Shown: positions 1 through 12,868 of the stretch, one piece after another | Layout: every line of letters begins with the position of its first letter | Position numbering within the stretch: position 1 is the stretch's first letter | Origin: the human T2T-CHM13v2.0 reference genome, Homo sapiens | NCBI RefSeq assembly: GCF_009914755.1 | Contig: NC_060932.1 | DNA length: 64,000 bases | Direction: 5' to 3' (one strand) | Made by a program: the position numbers and the translations under genes | Notes under the pieces: generated by a model | What the model was told of the DNA's origin: nothing | The model's database searches: none | What the model saw: the letters and a program-made list of their open reading frames with translations, nothing else

Positions 1-1285
1 GGAAAACTCAAAAAATATTTTAAAAATCCAGATCTTCTTAAAGTTATGTATAATATTAGAAATATCCCATGTTTTCCTTGGCTTGGTGTTAGCAAGGAAA
101 GATTATTTTACTTTATTTACTTATTTTTAATTCGGAGCTGGGGCCATTTTATTTAAATATCTAAATGGAATCTTCAGTGTTTCACTTATTTTATGGGTTT
201 AGTTCATTTATACCAGGTCCTATGTCAGTAATTTCTAGACTTCCTAGGCAATATATAAAACGGATTCAAATCCACTCAACAACATTTATCCCTCTTCATG
301 TGACAAGGATGAGAGAAACTTCTGCTCCCAATATGGAAGCTACAGTAGGAAAAGAATTCCCCCTAATCCACTAGCAACAAGCACATTCTACTGTAGTTCA
401 GGATAAAGACTACATACTTGAGAACATTCACATCCTGATTCCTGTAAACAAGGACTGACTCCTTTCAAAACCCAACTGTGGTTGAGAAGTGCAGATTCAC
501 AAACACAGGCATGGAAAGATGAAATAAGAAAATAACTATGTAAGAATAGCCAGAAAACCTCTAAAAAGAGGTTTTCTTTTTAGAAAGTAAGGGGGAGATA
601 GTCCGCAAATTGACATACTAACCTATCAGAAGATAGTCCAGAAATAAACTAAAAATCATGTTGTAGATAATAAGTGCAGAAATATTGGGTATTTACTATG
701 TACTTTCATGCTTTTACGTCCTTTAGAAATACTCTCACTTAAGCATTAAATCAACCCCCATAAAGTAGATGCTATTATTATCGTCCTCTTACAGAGGAGG
801 AATTGGGGCAAAATTTTGAATAAGTATGAAAAGATGGATTTAGGAAATAGTGATGGGATAATTGATTCAGTTTCTTAAAAAATATAGCTATATCTATACC
901 TTTACTCAAAAATAAATTACAATGCATCAAATGTTTAAATGGAAAAGATGAAATCATGATAAAACTTTGAAAGCATAGTAACAATACTGAAGACCTTCTA
1001 GTGGAGACAGAGTTCATGGCTTCTTAAAATTACTAGACGATTCATAGTGAAGAATATTAGGAAAGTGGCTGAAGTATGAGAAAAAGTCAAGATAAAGATT
1101 GTTTTGTTTTGTATGTGTATGTGTGTTTTAGGATGAAATAGAACTTTTCTTGAGAGGAAAACCCATAGAGAAGGATGAAATTTGGAAAAATTTAGGAAAC
1201 GAAAAGATTTGAGAGACAAAAAAACATAAGCAGGAACTGGATTGGTTATGAAGTAGAAGACCCCTCACATTCTAAAATGAATGAA

Positions 1286-1631
<346 letters not shown>

Positions 1632-1879
1632 TCATATACAAGGTTGGGTGTTTCTTTTTTTTTTTTTTTTTCTCTAGCAATGCTTAACTGAGAGAGGAGA
1701 GAAAACACCATAGAAGAGATTTGGAGTAAGAAGTCCTGGGTGCAGCAGAAGGAAGGGGAAGAAAAAGAGTTGAAATTTCTGGTGAAAGGGGAAAGGTTTT
1801 CTTTTGGGGCCCAGCTTGGGTAGGATTAAGGGCTAACTGAGGACTGAGAGATTAGGAAAAAAAAAGGATGTTTCCTAAA

Positions 1880-2160
1880 ACATCATGGCAGTGCTAATGG
1901 AGACAAGAAGAAAGGTTCGAAACTGGAGAGTTAAAAATGGGAGGAAATTGTGATGAAGTGAATGCGGGGCTTGAGGAAGGGAGGCATCTAGTATGACTTC
2001 CATGTTACTGTCTTTCTTAGACAACTTGGTACATTTATAAACTTGGGAGTATGGAAAGGGGAGCAAGGACTAGGAGAAAAAGGATAAATTCGGTTGTAGA
2101 CAAATTGAGTTTCAGGTGTTTGTGTTCATCCAGATGACCATATTTAGTAGGCATCTGTGA
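1880..2160 (-). mobile_element. L2 LINE remnant
   Basis: Purine-rich diverged sequence with L2 antisense hallmark (GAGTTTCAGGTGTTTGTG..CATCCAGATG..AGTAGGCA); boundaries approximate. Confidence 0.55.
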
Positions 2161-2541
2161 AAGTGAATTACAGATTCAGCAGTATTTTAGCTCAGCTTCC
2201 TCAGAAGCAGATGCTGAGACAAAATTCATGTGGCCGTGACATTAAAGAGTGGCTTGTAGGAGTTCTTTCCGTAAGAAAGGAGTCAGACAAGAGTGAAGTT
2301 TCGGTGACGTTTCAGCCTTCTCCAAAGCCAAATGGAACTCTGAAGAATACATCACACCACAAAGCTGGTCCTGCTCAAAGCAATATATCTGGGCTTTTAT
2401 ACCATTGCATCAGTCATTTGCTATGGTCTGCCCCAAGGGACCAACTTTCAGGCACTTAAGGCCCTTGGTTTTTTTAGGCAAAGTGGCTCCAGTAGCCCAA
2501 GGAATGCCTTCTGAAGAAGGTTGCTGGAGTTAGCCTTTAGG

Positions 2542-3256
2542 ATCAGAGAAATGCAAATCAAAACCACAATGAGATGCCATCTCATGCTAGAGTGGCTATT
2601 ATGAAAAAGTAAAAAAGTAACAGATGCTGGTGAGGCTACAGAGAAAAGTGAATACTGATACACTGTTGGTGGGAATGTAAATTAGTTCAGCCACTGTGGA
2701 AAGCAGTTTGGACATTTCTTGAAGAACTTATAAATATAGCTAACATTTAACCCACCAATCCTGTTACTGGATTACCCAAGGAAAAATAAATCATTTTGTT
2801 AAAAAGACATGCACTCGTATTTTCATTGTAGTATTATTAATAATAGCAAAGACATGGAATCAACCTAGATACCCACCAGTGGTGTGGATTGGATAAAGAA
2901 AATGTGGTACATATACAATGTGGAATACTATGCAGTCATAAAAAGAATGAAATCATGTCCTATGCAGCAATATGGATGCAGCTGGAGATCATTATCCTGA
3001 GTGAACTAATGCAAGGACAGAAAACCAAGTACTGCACATTCTCACTTATAAGTGGGACCTAAGCACTGGGTACTCATGAACATGAAGATGGGAATAATAG
3101 ACGCTGGGGACTGCTAGAGGGTGGAGAGATGGAAGGAGGAAGGGTTGAAAAACTACATATTGGTACAATGCTCACTGCCTTGGGATCACTCGTATCCCAA
3201 ACCTCATCATCACATGATATCCATTTAAGAAACCTGCATGTGTACCCGCTGAATCT
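2542..3256 (+). mobile_element. L1 3' end (ORF2 C-terminus + 3'UTR), old L1PA (L1PA15/16-like)
   Basis: AGAGAAATGCAAATCAAAACCACAATGAGA ([10 protein letters not shown]), TGGAATACTATGCAG, 3'UTR ending CTGCATGTGTACCCGCTGAATCT. Confidence 0.9.
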
Positions 3257-4061
3257 GTGAAGAAGAGACACAAAATCAGTGAAGGGGATCCGAATGTATC
3301 TAGTCAGGACACTGAAGCTTCTGGAGACAGATCTAATTCTAGGATTCATCAATCTGCTGGGGAAAAGTCGGACAGGAAGTAGGTAAGTTCCTGAAGAGAC
3401 AGTGCAAGAGATCAAAATGCTCCTTGGGAATTTCTGACATTCAAAAGGAAGAAAGGCTTTTAAATAAGCCTGCCAATTGAAAAAAGCATCAAAAAAATGA
3501 GTAGCCGACCATGGAAATATCCTGGGGTGCAATCATGACTGGGTTTTACTTGTTTGTTTTATGATAGGATATTTCACACACACTGCTGTTTTCAAAGAGC
3601 CAATAGTGAGGTGACAGCAGAGAGTCCTGGTAAGTGGCACAGACGCGTCTCCTGGGAGAGTCCAGTCATCAGCCCAAGAGGGACCTTTCAGTTCTCTGCC
3701 TGCTTTCCATGGAGCTCCCCAAACCCAAGCCAAAAGGCCCCTCACCACTGTGATGGACTTAGCCCTGTTTGAATAGCAGCAGCCTGCAAAAAGCTCATCG
3801 TTGTCTTCACCAAGTGCAGAGTGTTTTCAATCTGGCAATTCTGGCAACCCAGAAAGTAATAAGCTGATAAAGCACAAGCTTTCTGAAGGGGCAAAGGAAA
3901 TTGCCTTAGGGGCTGGAAAGAGCCTGGCGTAATATTTACACAAACAGAGGCTGAATCAGACTGTGCTGAGACCTTCTGGCTTAGCTCCCAAACAGGAAAT
4001 GAAGGAAATGAAGCTGTATGCATTATGGTGACTCAGAAGCTAATCTTACTACCTACTTACC

Positions 4062-4090
4062 TAGAGAGAGAGAGAGACAGAGACAGAGAC
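4062..4090. repeat. (GA)n/(GACA)n microsatellite
   Basis: Direct reading. Confidence 0.85.
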
Positions 4091-5055
4091 ACTAAGGACT
4101 TACTTGGAAGAAAGGGAGGGGGACCACAAAGCTGGGACTAGTGTAAGGAATCTGGTGGGAATTCTTTCTCTCTGTACAGGAAAAAGCCTTCTGGTGTTTT
4201 GAGAGGATAAGCCTCCACAATTCTTTTCTTTTCAGATCTGGCACCCACCATTTTTAAAGGGCAGAGTTAGCCAGGTCTGTTATCACTGTTATTTGTTAAA
4301 CAATTAATTATTACTGAAATAATATACGCTCACTTGGGAAACATGATAAAATCCTAAACATGATTTAAAAAATAATCCATATTCTCATAATCAAATATTG
4401 CAGATATTTCACGTGCATAAAAATATTAATCTAAAATGACATTGTGCTTTTTATGTTAACACATTTTTAAACATGATTTTATGGCCATAGAACATCGCTT
4501 TGTACAAATGTCACAATGTGTATTCAACCCCTTGACTACTGTTTGATGTATTTTCTAGCCTCCTGTTTTTAGACTCAGAACAACAAATGCCTTTTTGCTG
4601 CCAGATAGGTCTCAGGTATTTTGCAGCGTATTCTGCATATTCATAGGCAGGTATTCTGCAGCATCCTGGGGATCTACCTGCACTTGCATCTTCCAGGCAC
4701 AGCCATTGATTGTATTTGGGGAAAATGCACCACTGGTAGATAGGATGAGAGTGCAACTGGAAACTACAAGAGAAAGAGCTGTATCCACACATAATACCTC
4801 CAACCAAGTTAACGATGCAAAACTATTCTCTGGTTTTATGAAAGTATTTAAAAGCTAACTGTGCAGGTCTAATATGATAATGCTAGTTGAAGCTCCTGTG
4901 AAATCTCAGAATCCTAGGGAATGTCTCCAGCAACACCACATACACTATGTCCCCTCACCCCATTTCTAGATTAGGATAAGAAAGAAATGTGAAATATGCA
5001 CCTCGGCCTGAAAGAAAATACGATAAAGCTAGAAGTACAAGACCATGTAGGCAAA

Positions 5056-5311
5056 ATTTATATATATACAAAATATAAATATATACAAATATAATTGTAT
5101 TTATAAAACATATTTCATATAAATATAAAATATATATTTATATGAAATATTTCATATGAAATATGTTTATATCTTATACATATATGTATTTTATACATTA
5201 TATGTATAATATATAAATATTTAATATATATACTATATATTATGTATATTATATATAATTTATATTATGTGTATTATATATAATATACATAATATATAAT
5301 ATATATTATAT
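5056..5311. repeat. (TA)n-rich low-complexity tract with internal palindromes
   Basis: Almost all A/T; inverted repeats at 5110-5150, 5140-5157, 5261-5296. Confidence 0.9.
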
Positions 5312-6019
5312 TCCTGCTATTCTCTCTACCACATGAATAGATGTTCTTCTGACATTCTTAACTTCTTTACATCCACTGCCTTTACATCCTAATTTCCTCA
5401 GACTCCCTCTGCCATGTCTACACTTTGAGGTAAAATGGTTCCATATCAGTGAACTTGGATTTACTTAATAACATCTATTTTCTTTATCCCACCCGTTCAT
5501 TCCATTTTTTTCATCCTGATCTCCAGATACCCAGAGCTGTACTTTTTTTCCTCTCTTAATGCTTGTAACTCATGGCTGCCTCCATTACCTCCTAAAGTTC
5601 TGGATCCCATGGTCAGCCATCCCACACCTTTTCCATGAACATCCTAGCATTCTTATTTCCTTCCATACTCCACATATTAATTTACTTCTGATTCCTAGAC
5701 TGCTATGTGTTGCCAAAAAAGTCTCAGATTTAGAATATCATGTTCTCTATAAATTCATGCCTTCCCAGCTTCAATGTTGCACAGACAGCTGCCCAGTAAT
5801 CCTTTTATTCACGTCTTATAGATTTCCTATGACATTATCCATGCAGCTGCTATTCCAAAACTTTTCCATGCTCACTTGAGCAATCTCTGCAGGTTGCTTA
5901 CCCTGAACTATTCCCCTTTATTATTTGCTAACAGAACCCGACTTTTATTCAGGTAGCACAATGCTTAGCCTGGAAGTAAAAATTATGATTGGTCTAAACC
6001 AGTCATACTAATCCCATTT

Positions 6020-6937
6020 CCTTTTTTAAAACATTTTACTTTAAGTTCTGGGATACATGTGCAGAACATGGAGGTTTGTTCCATAGGTATATACGTGCCA
6101 TGGTGGTTTGCTAAATCTGTTGACCCATCCTCTAAGTTCCCTCCCCTCATCCCCCACCCCCAAATGGGCCCAGGTGTGTGTTGTTCCCCTCTCTGTGTCC
6201 ATGTGTTCTCATTGTTCAACTCTCATTTATGAGTGAGAACATGTGGTGTTTGGTTTTCTGTTCCAGTAATGGGATTGCTGGGGCAAATGGTATTTCTGGT
6301 TCTAGATCCTTGAGAAATCACCATACTCTCTTTGCCATACTGTATGGTTGGACCTTATACAAAAGTTAACTCAAGATGGATTAAAGACTTAAATGTACAA
6401 ACCCAAACCATAAAAACCCTAGAAGAAAACCCAGGCAGTACCATTCAGGACATAGGCATGGGCAAAGACTTCATGACGAAAATCCCAAAAGCAATTGCGA
6501 TGAAAGCCAAAATTGACAAATGGGATCTCATTAAACTAAAGAGCTTCTGCACAGCTAAAGAAACTATCATCAGAGTGAACAGGAAACACTACAGAATGGG
6601 AGAAAATGTTTGCAATCTACCTATCTGACAAAGGTCTAATATCCACAATTTACAAGGAACTTAAATTTACAAGAAAAAAACCCCATCAAAAAGTGGGCAT
6701 AGGACATGTACAGACACTTCTCAGAAGAAGACAATTACGCAGCCAACAAACATACGAAAAACTCAACATCACTCATCATTAGAGAAATGCAAATCAAAAC
6801 CGCAACGACACACCATCTCACACCAGTCAGAATGGCATTAACAAGTCAAGAAACAGCAGATTCTGGTGGGCTGTGGAGAAATAGGAATGCTTTTACACTG
6901 CCGGAGGGAATGTAAATTAGTTCAACCATTGTGGAAG
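6020..6937 (-). mobile_element. L1PA8-like insertion with 5' inversion (twin priming) and an internal deletion
   Basis: 3' end on - strand 6020-6332, inverted ORF2 piece on + strand 6353-6937 ([30 protein letters not shown]); 12-bp TSD CTAATCCCATTT at 6008-6019 and 6938-6949. Confidence 0.93.
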
Positions 6938-7027
6938 CTAATCCCATTTTCTTTGGTAGTTGCTGATCTTGGAATAACCCCTGACCAGTTGTGGCTACTG
7001 AGATTAAGGAGATACTTGCTGATAGCT

Positions 7028-7145
7028 TCTGAAAAAAGAGTGTCTGTATATGTGTGTGTGTAAAATATATATAATGTATTTATTATATATAATACATATA
7101 TTTATATATAAATATTATGTATAATGTATTTTATATATAATAAAT
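7028..7145. repeat. (TG)n + (TA)n low-complexity tract
   Basis: Direct reading. Confidence 0.85.
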
Positions 7146-7502
7146 GTGTTTATTTTTTCCCTTTTTTCTTGGCTTTTTGGTGATATCCTGTAAAATAGTG
7201 ATGTTTGACTCTTCAACCACATCTTGCCACTTTCAGGGAAAGGTGAAGGAAATTTCACAGATGATAATCCTATACCCTGATATTTATAAAGCATCCTTAC
7301 CCCATCCTGCAACTGCTTACTTCTAGGCTTCTTATTAAGTGAGATAACTAATTGCCTTTGAATTACTGTTAGCTGGGAGTTATGCTGTTTGTGGGCAAAA
7401 ATTATCCTGTTGAATCCACTTCTTAAGGCCCAACCCTTATCACTGCTTCTGATCTCAGCAGCTGACATCACCTCCTACTTGACTAACAAGCCCCAAACTG
7501 TC

Positions 7503-7715
7503 CACACAGCTGGGTGGATAGTGGCACAGCTGGGTCATCTCTCATTCTATCCTGGGTCAATCCCCTTCTAGCTGGGTCATATCCCATTTGATCCCACAGC
7601 TGCGTCATATCCCATTCTATCTGGGTGGATAGTGACACATCTGGGTGTGCCACAGATGGCACTCCCTTTCTCCCATTCTATCCTCCCTTTCTCCCATTCT
7701 ATCCTCCTTTTCTCC
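7503..7715. repeat. Mosaic short direct repeats plus 21-bp tandem (CTCCCTTTCTCCCATTCTATC) x~2.5
   Basis: Recurring CTGGGTGGATAGTG, AGCTGGGTCAT and CCCATTCTATC modules. Confidence 0.85.
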
Positions 7716-7844
7716 TATTTAATAGAAGGGAGTGCTTTTTCTTAGCAAAATTAACTCATTTATCTGTTAGAGACCATCAGCTTGTTCTTGGTCTAGGACA
7801 TGGCTCTACCAATTCCTTTATTTCACCTGAACCTTTAATCTTTT

Positions 7845-8265
7845 TGTTTTATGTGCCTCCTCCTCTTCCCACTAGTGAGGGAGGGATTTCCATCTTAGGG
7901 TTGTGGGGAGGACCAAACTCATGACACTCAGCACTGTGCCTATGAGATCAACAACAGTGTATTAGTCACAAACACTCACAGCCTAGGGGAAGAGGACATC
8001 ACATGCCACGCATGGGGCCACGTAGGGATTACATTGAGGGATATCATAAACAACCAGAGGCTGTGGGACGTTAGCGGGGCTTTGCAGCATCAAAGCGGGA
8101 GGTATCTTCTGGTTCCTGTAGGAGCAATGTGATGGGCTTGTTTGATATTTCTGTGGACTGGCAAAAAACTGAAGCCTGCTACTTAGGGATAAGTATTAAG
8201 TGTCCCTGGTCCCCGTGATAAGGAGGGTTGTTTGACTAGGGAATCTTGTCCAGAAAACAAATGTG
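7845..8265 (-). mobile_element. MER76-like ERVL LTR (partial)
   Basis: Reverse complement aligns by eye with the copy at 18530-19205 and with the recalled MER76 3' half. Confidence 0.7.
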
Positions 8266-8378
8266 AACATGTGGCTTTTTAATTCTAGGCAGATATGATC
8301 ATAATCTTAAAATATACTATTTGTATCTTTAAAAACTTGTTCTTTTCCAATTTGATGAATACTTTTCTATTCTTTGAA

Positions 8379-8410
8379 GCAAAACTGCAATTGCTTTTGC
8401 ACCAACCTAA
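8379..8410. mobile_element. MADE1/Hsmar1 terminal inverted repeat (half element)
   Basis: GCAAAACTGCAATTGCTTTTGCACCAACCTAA followed by TA. Confidence 0.85.
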
Positions 8411-10175
8411 TACATCAACAGTATGTGATTCATGAATGTAATGTCTTTACCCCAAGGCCCCATGTTAGATACTGAATTTGTGATGATACACTATTGTTTT
8501 ATTTTCTTGCTGAATATTCTTATGGCTAGATATTTGCACATACAGATAATTGTTTTCCTTTAGATACATTCTAGGAAACAAATTTTGTCAAAGAGTTTAC
8601 AAAAAGCATTAACTACCTGCTTTCAATTGTCATACAGTTTGCTCTGATTCTGCTCTTAAAAATATTCTAGGGTTCATATTTCTGTGTATTTTTGATAACA
8701 TCAAGCTTTATTCTATTTTAATTAACTCCAATGGAATAAGTTAAAGTTGTCACTCTCGTTTAAATCCTTGTTTTCCCACCCATTTACTGGCTATATATAT
8801 TTCTTCTTTGATAAACTAAGTATTACTATTTTCCATTTTCCTATGTAAAGTTCATATAATTTTAAGATGAGCATATAATTTTTTTTCTATAAATAATTTT
8901 TAAAATGTCCCTGTAACATATTTAGTGATAAAATATTGGGGGATGTGGGTATTTTTAATTAAAATTATCTAGTTTTTAGTAAGAGGCCTTTCACATCTAA
9001 ATATTCAGGTTTTCTTTATCTTAGGCCAGTTTTCTCCTTCCTTTATTATGCCTTCTCAGCTCACTTTTTTGAAATTTCACTTACAATGACATTTGACATC
9101 TCTGTTCTGTTACCTATAATTCTGATTGTTTCTTAACACTTTTGTATTTATTGTCTTACTCTGATTTTTCTAGGTGACTTCTTAAGATTGTCTTCTACTT
9201 TAATAATTTAAACAGTTCAGTTCCTCCACTGCACTTTTTCTGTTTAGTAATCATATCCTTATTTTCTATAGTGACTTTTTCCCCTCCTCTTCTAAATTCA
9301 TAGCTGCCATACTCTCTCAGATTTCTTTGAAAGTTCAAGATTTTCTGAAGTCCTCGGGTTCTGATTCTTTCAGTAGCTTTCACAAGATATACTTACTGAC
9401 TTCTCCTTTATTTATATGGATGTTTCTGTTCACTGCTCTGGTACTAACAGGTTATATTTTTCTATTTTATGTTTTTATTTCAGGACCTTTGATACAAAAT
9501 CTTTTTCTATTTCAGAGAGTCAAAATGGGTGTTTTTAGAAATATATCTTTCAAGTCTCTATTTGAGTTAACAAAACTCTGCAGGACATGAAAAAAATTAG
9601 TTTTATTAAGGTTTAACTATGCCAGATCATATATCCAGGACTTTTGGTGAAAATAACGGGCAGTATTCCGCACAGTCAAGTTTGCTTCTGCACTACAAAG
9701 TTTCTTTTACATAGTTGTTATGGAAGCTTGAGTATAACTCAGCCGGTGACACCCTCTCCAAATTACTTTGTTAGTAGCCAATTGGAATATCAACCATATT
9801 TCACTTAGAGTATTCTTCACTTAGCAACACAAATGAGTGACTTCAAAAGAAGACTCTCTAGTTCTCCAAGAAGCTAGTAGATGGAGATTAGGCCTTTACC
9901 AATCGCCCCAAGAGACATCTGCACTTCTAGTGTTTTATTTTTTAAGCTAGAAGATGGTATTGTAGTTCTGCTAGGTAATAAGTGCTATTTTCTCCAAATA
10001 CAGACTTTTGAATTGTGATGAACAGCAGTTCACTCAGTAATTTCATCAATCATTTCTCACCTGCGGGTATATTGCATATAGCCTTCTTCAACACTTTCCA
10101 AACATGAAACTATTCCCTGTATAGTGTCAATACACATTTTTCCCATTATTTCTTAGGATTCTTTTTCCAAATAAC

Positions 10176-10440
10176 TTTTTTTTTTTTTTTTTTTTGTGAG
10201 ATGGAGTCTCACTCTGTCACCAGGCTGTAGTGCAGTGGCACGATCTCGGCTCACTACAACCTCTGCCTCCCAGGTTCAAGTGATTATCCTGCCTCAGCCT
10301 CCTGAGTAGCTGGGACTACAGGTGCACACCATCATGCCCAGCTAATTTTTGTATTTTTAGTAGAGACAGGGTGTCACCATGTTGGCTAGGGTGGTCTTGA
10401 TCTCTTGACCTCGTGATCCACCCACCTTGGCCTCCCAAAT
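10176..10440 (-). mobile_element. AluSc-like, 5' truncated
   Basis: Poly-T then Alu antisense (TGTCACCAGGCTG, ATCTCTTGACCTCGT); TSD CAAATAAC at 10168-10175 and 10441-10448. Confidence 0.95.
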
Positions 10441-10619
10441 CAAATAACATTTTTTATAGATGTAACAGGTAGGTTCTCTTCTTTTTACATTAAATGAGTA
10501 GTTCACACCCTTTCCCCTAATTTCTTATCAATGACTCATTGTTTAAGTCTTTCAGTCTACTTCCTTGTTATTTTAATTACTTCCTATCTAATAACAGGTT
10601 ATTACTTCTTTTCACTCTC

Positions 10620-11003
10620 TGTGTCAGTCAGAACAGGCTAGTTAATGCTGTATTAACAAACAGTCCCACAATCTATGGCTTTAAAGAACTAAGATGTATT
10701 TCTTATTCATGCAACATGTCCTTTGTGGGTTGGGAGAAGAATCGAGTTCACATTACACGGCACCCTGTGCTTAGTCCCAAGGTAATGAAGCAGCTGTTAT
10801 CTAAACGTTCTGTCACCTAGCAGTGGAAACAAAAGGAGACATGGGGAAGTTGTCACTGGCTATCAAAGCTTTCAATGGAAAATAACACAAGTCATTTCCA
10901 ATCACATTTCATCAGCCAAAACAAGTCAGGGAAACAGTCTTTAATGTACCACAAAGGGGAGAGAGGGCTGGAATATTTATGGACAGTTCTAATAACTACC
11001 ACA
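10620..11003. mobile_element. MLT1 (J/K/L-like) MaLR solo LTR
   Basis: TGTGTCAGTCAG..GCTGTATTAACAAAC.. ending ACTACCACA. Confidence 0.6.
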
Positions 11004-12404
11004 TTTCCTATCATTTCTAACCTTTAACACTATTGCCAACCCAAACTTCTAAAAATGTCCTCTTTGTTTTCCACAACACAAAATACCAATGGCCTCTTTC
11101 CCTAGCTCTCTGATTGTTTATCATAGTTTTCTCCAACTTTTCTTTTTGCAATGACCTAAGTGTAGTTGATCCCTAAATTTCTATCTTTGTTCATTTTCCA
11201 TTTTATCACTTTTCCCTGTCCTGGACTGACCCTATTTGTGCTTGATTCTTACAAACACTCATCTATCTACTCAATCTTGAATTATTCATTTACCATGCAT
11301 TTATCTTTAGTTTTACATGTACTATGAGACATGAGGATGAATGAAATAAAATCTTATAGGAATTTCACCGATTACTTAGGCAAATATCAAACAGTTTCAG
11401 TAAAATGTACTTTGTGTTTTAGCAGATGTGTGGTATATGTGATAAAAAAAATTGTAATTCCAGTGATTAGCATTACTAAGGAATTTGAAATCCAGAAATA
11501 TTCAGGATTAAACTTAGGCTCAAAATATGAAAAGTAATGACTGAAGCTCTCAAAAGTTAAATGAAATTTTTTATTTCATTACTTCAGGGTAAAACTTGAT
11601 TTTTGAATTTTCTCCAGAGGAAAACTATCATAAAGAGGACGTACCAAGAGGGGTGGCCATAGTTTATCTAATACTGCTTGTAGGGTTTACCTGGATGTGA
11701 ATATATTTCTAATCAGAAAATGCGAAACTACAGACACCAAGATTTAGTCTTTTTAAAAAATTACCTAAATTAATTAGAAAATATAAGAAGTAGTTCTGAG
11801 TCCTTAGAGGTCCCACGCTATCTGTATTCACCTCTGTGTTAAATAGAACCCTACATATGGTAGTGTCTCAAAAATATTTACGGAATAAAATTAATTTACC
11901 CACTATCTTAAGAGAATTGACTTTTTCATCCTATTTTTTTACCTAGAAGTTAAAAAGAAAATCCCTCTGGAATATTAAGAAGATTCATGAAAATAATAAA
12001 GGCTACTTTAAGAGACCTAGGTTAGTGTCTTTGAGCTGCCACTGACTCTTTATGAGCAAGCCACTTAACATTGCTGTGGCTTGGTTTTCTAGAAAACTCA
12101 AATCAATGAGAAATCAATGATTTCAAACAGGAATTGAGTGGTGATCAGGATGAGTTTAAAGTAGTAACACTTTACTTTTTGTACCTTTGGATTCATGAGT
12201 GTTTGAGTTACTCAGTCTAACATTCTTAAAACCCCTAACCTCCAAAGCCAAATCCTATATATTTGTATTATTTTGAGGGAGAGAAATGATGTACAGTGGT
12301 TATAGTCAGTATGTAGAAGTCAGTCTACCCCATTCCTAGAAAAGTAGACATGTGAGTAAATATCCAAATAAACAAGGTAAAAACAAATATTTTCCCATAA
12401 AACC

Positions 12405-12868
12405 TGTATTGGGATTCTCTAGAGGGACAGAACTAATTATATATACACACATATACATGTATATGTATATGTATATGGGAGTTTAGTAAGTAGTATTAAC
12501 TCATACAATCACAAGGTCCCACAATAGGCCATCTGCAAGCTGAAGAGCAAGGAAGGCAGTCCGAGGCCCAAAGCTGAAGAACCTGGAGTCTGATGTTCGA
12601 GGGTAGGAAGCATCCAACACAGGAGAAAGATGTAGTGTAGGCTGGGAGGCTAGCCCAGTCTAGCCTTTTCATGGTTTTCTGCCTGCTTTTTATTCCATGG
12701 CAGCTCATTAGATGGTGCCCACCCAGATTAATTAAGGGTGGGTCTGCCTTCCCCAGCCCACTGACTCAAATGTTAATCTCTTTTGGCAACACCTTCACAG
12801 ACACACTTAGGATCACTACTTTGCATCCTTCAATCCAATCAAGTTATCACCCAGTATTAACTATCACA
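12405..12868 (-). mobile_element. MLT2A (HERV-L) solo LTR
   Basis: TGTATT..TTCTCTAGAGGGACAGAACTAA..CAATCCAATCAAGTT..TTAACTATCACA; 5-bp TSD AAACC at 12400-12404 and 12869-12873. Confidence 0.92.

Larger units (their letters stand above)
5905..7410. mobile_element. Old ERVL-type solo LTR (LTR33/LTR16-like), split by an L1 and a TA tract
   Basis: TTTGCTAACAGAACCC..GATTGGTCTAAACCAGTCA, resumes after the L1 (TGACCAGTTGTGGCTACTGAGA) and after the TA tract (CATCTTGCCAC..TTCTAGGCTTCTT). Confidence 0.5.

Noticed and set aside
4511-4858. Overlapping ORFs with repeated GTATT(C/T)TGCA motif as exon or pseudogene
   Set aside because: No recognisable protein, no convincing paired splice sites and no polyA/TSD
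7503-7715. CRISPR-like repeat-spacer array
   Set aside because: Eukaryotic context, irregular unit length and no unique spacers
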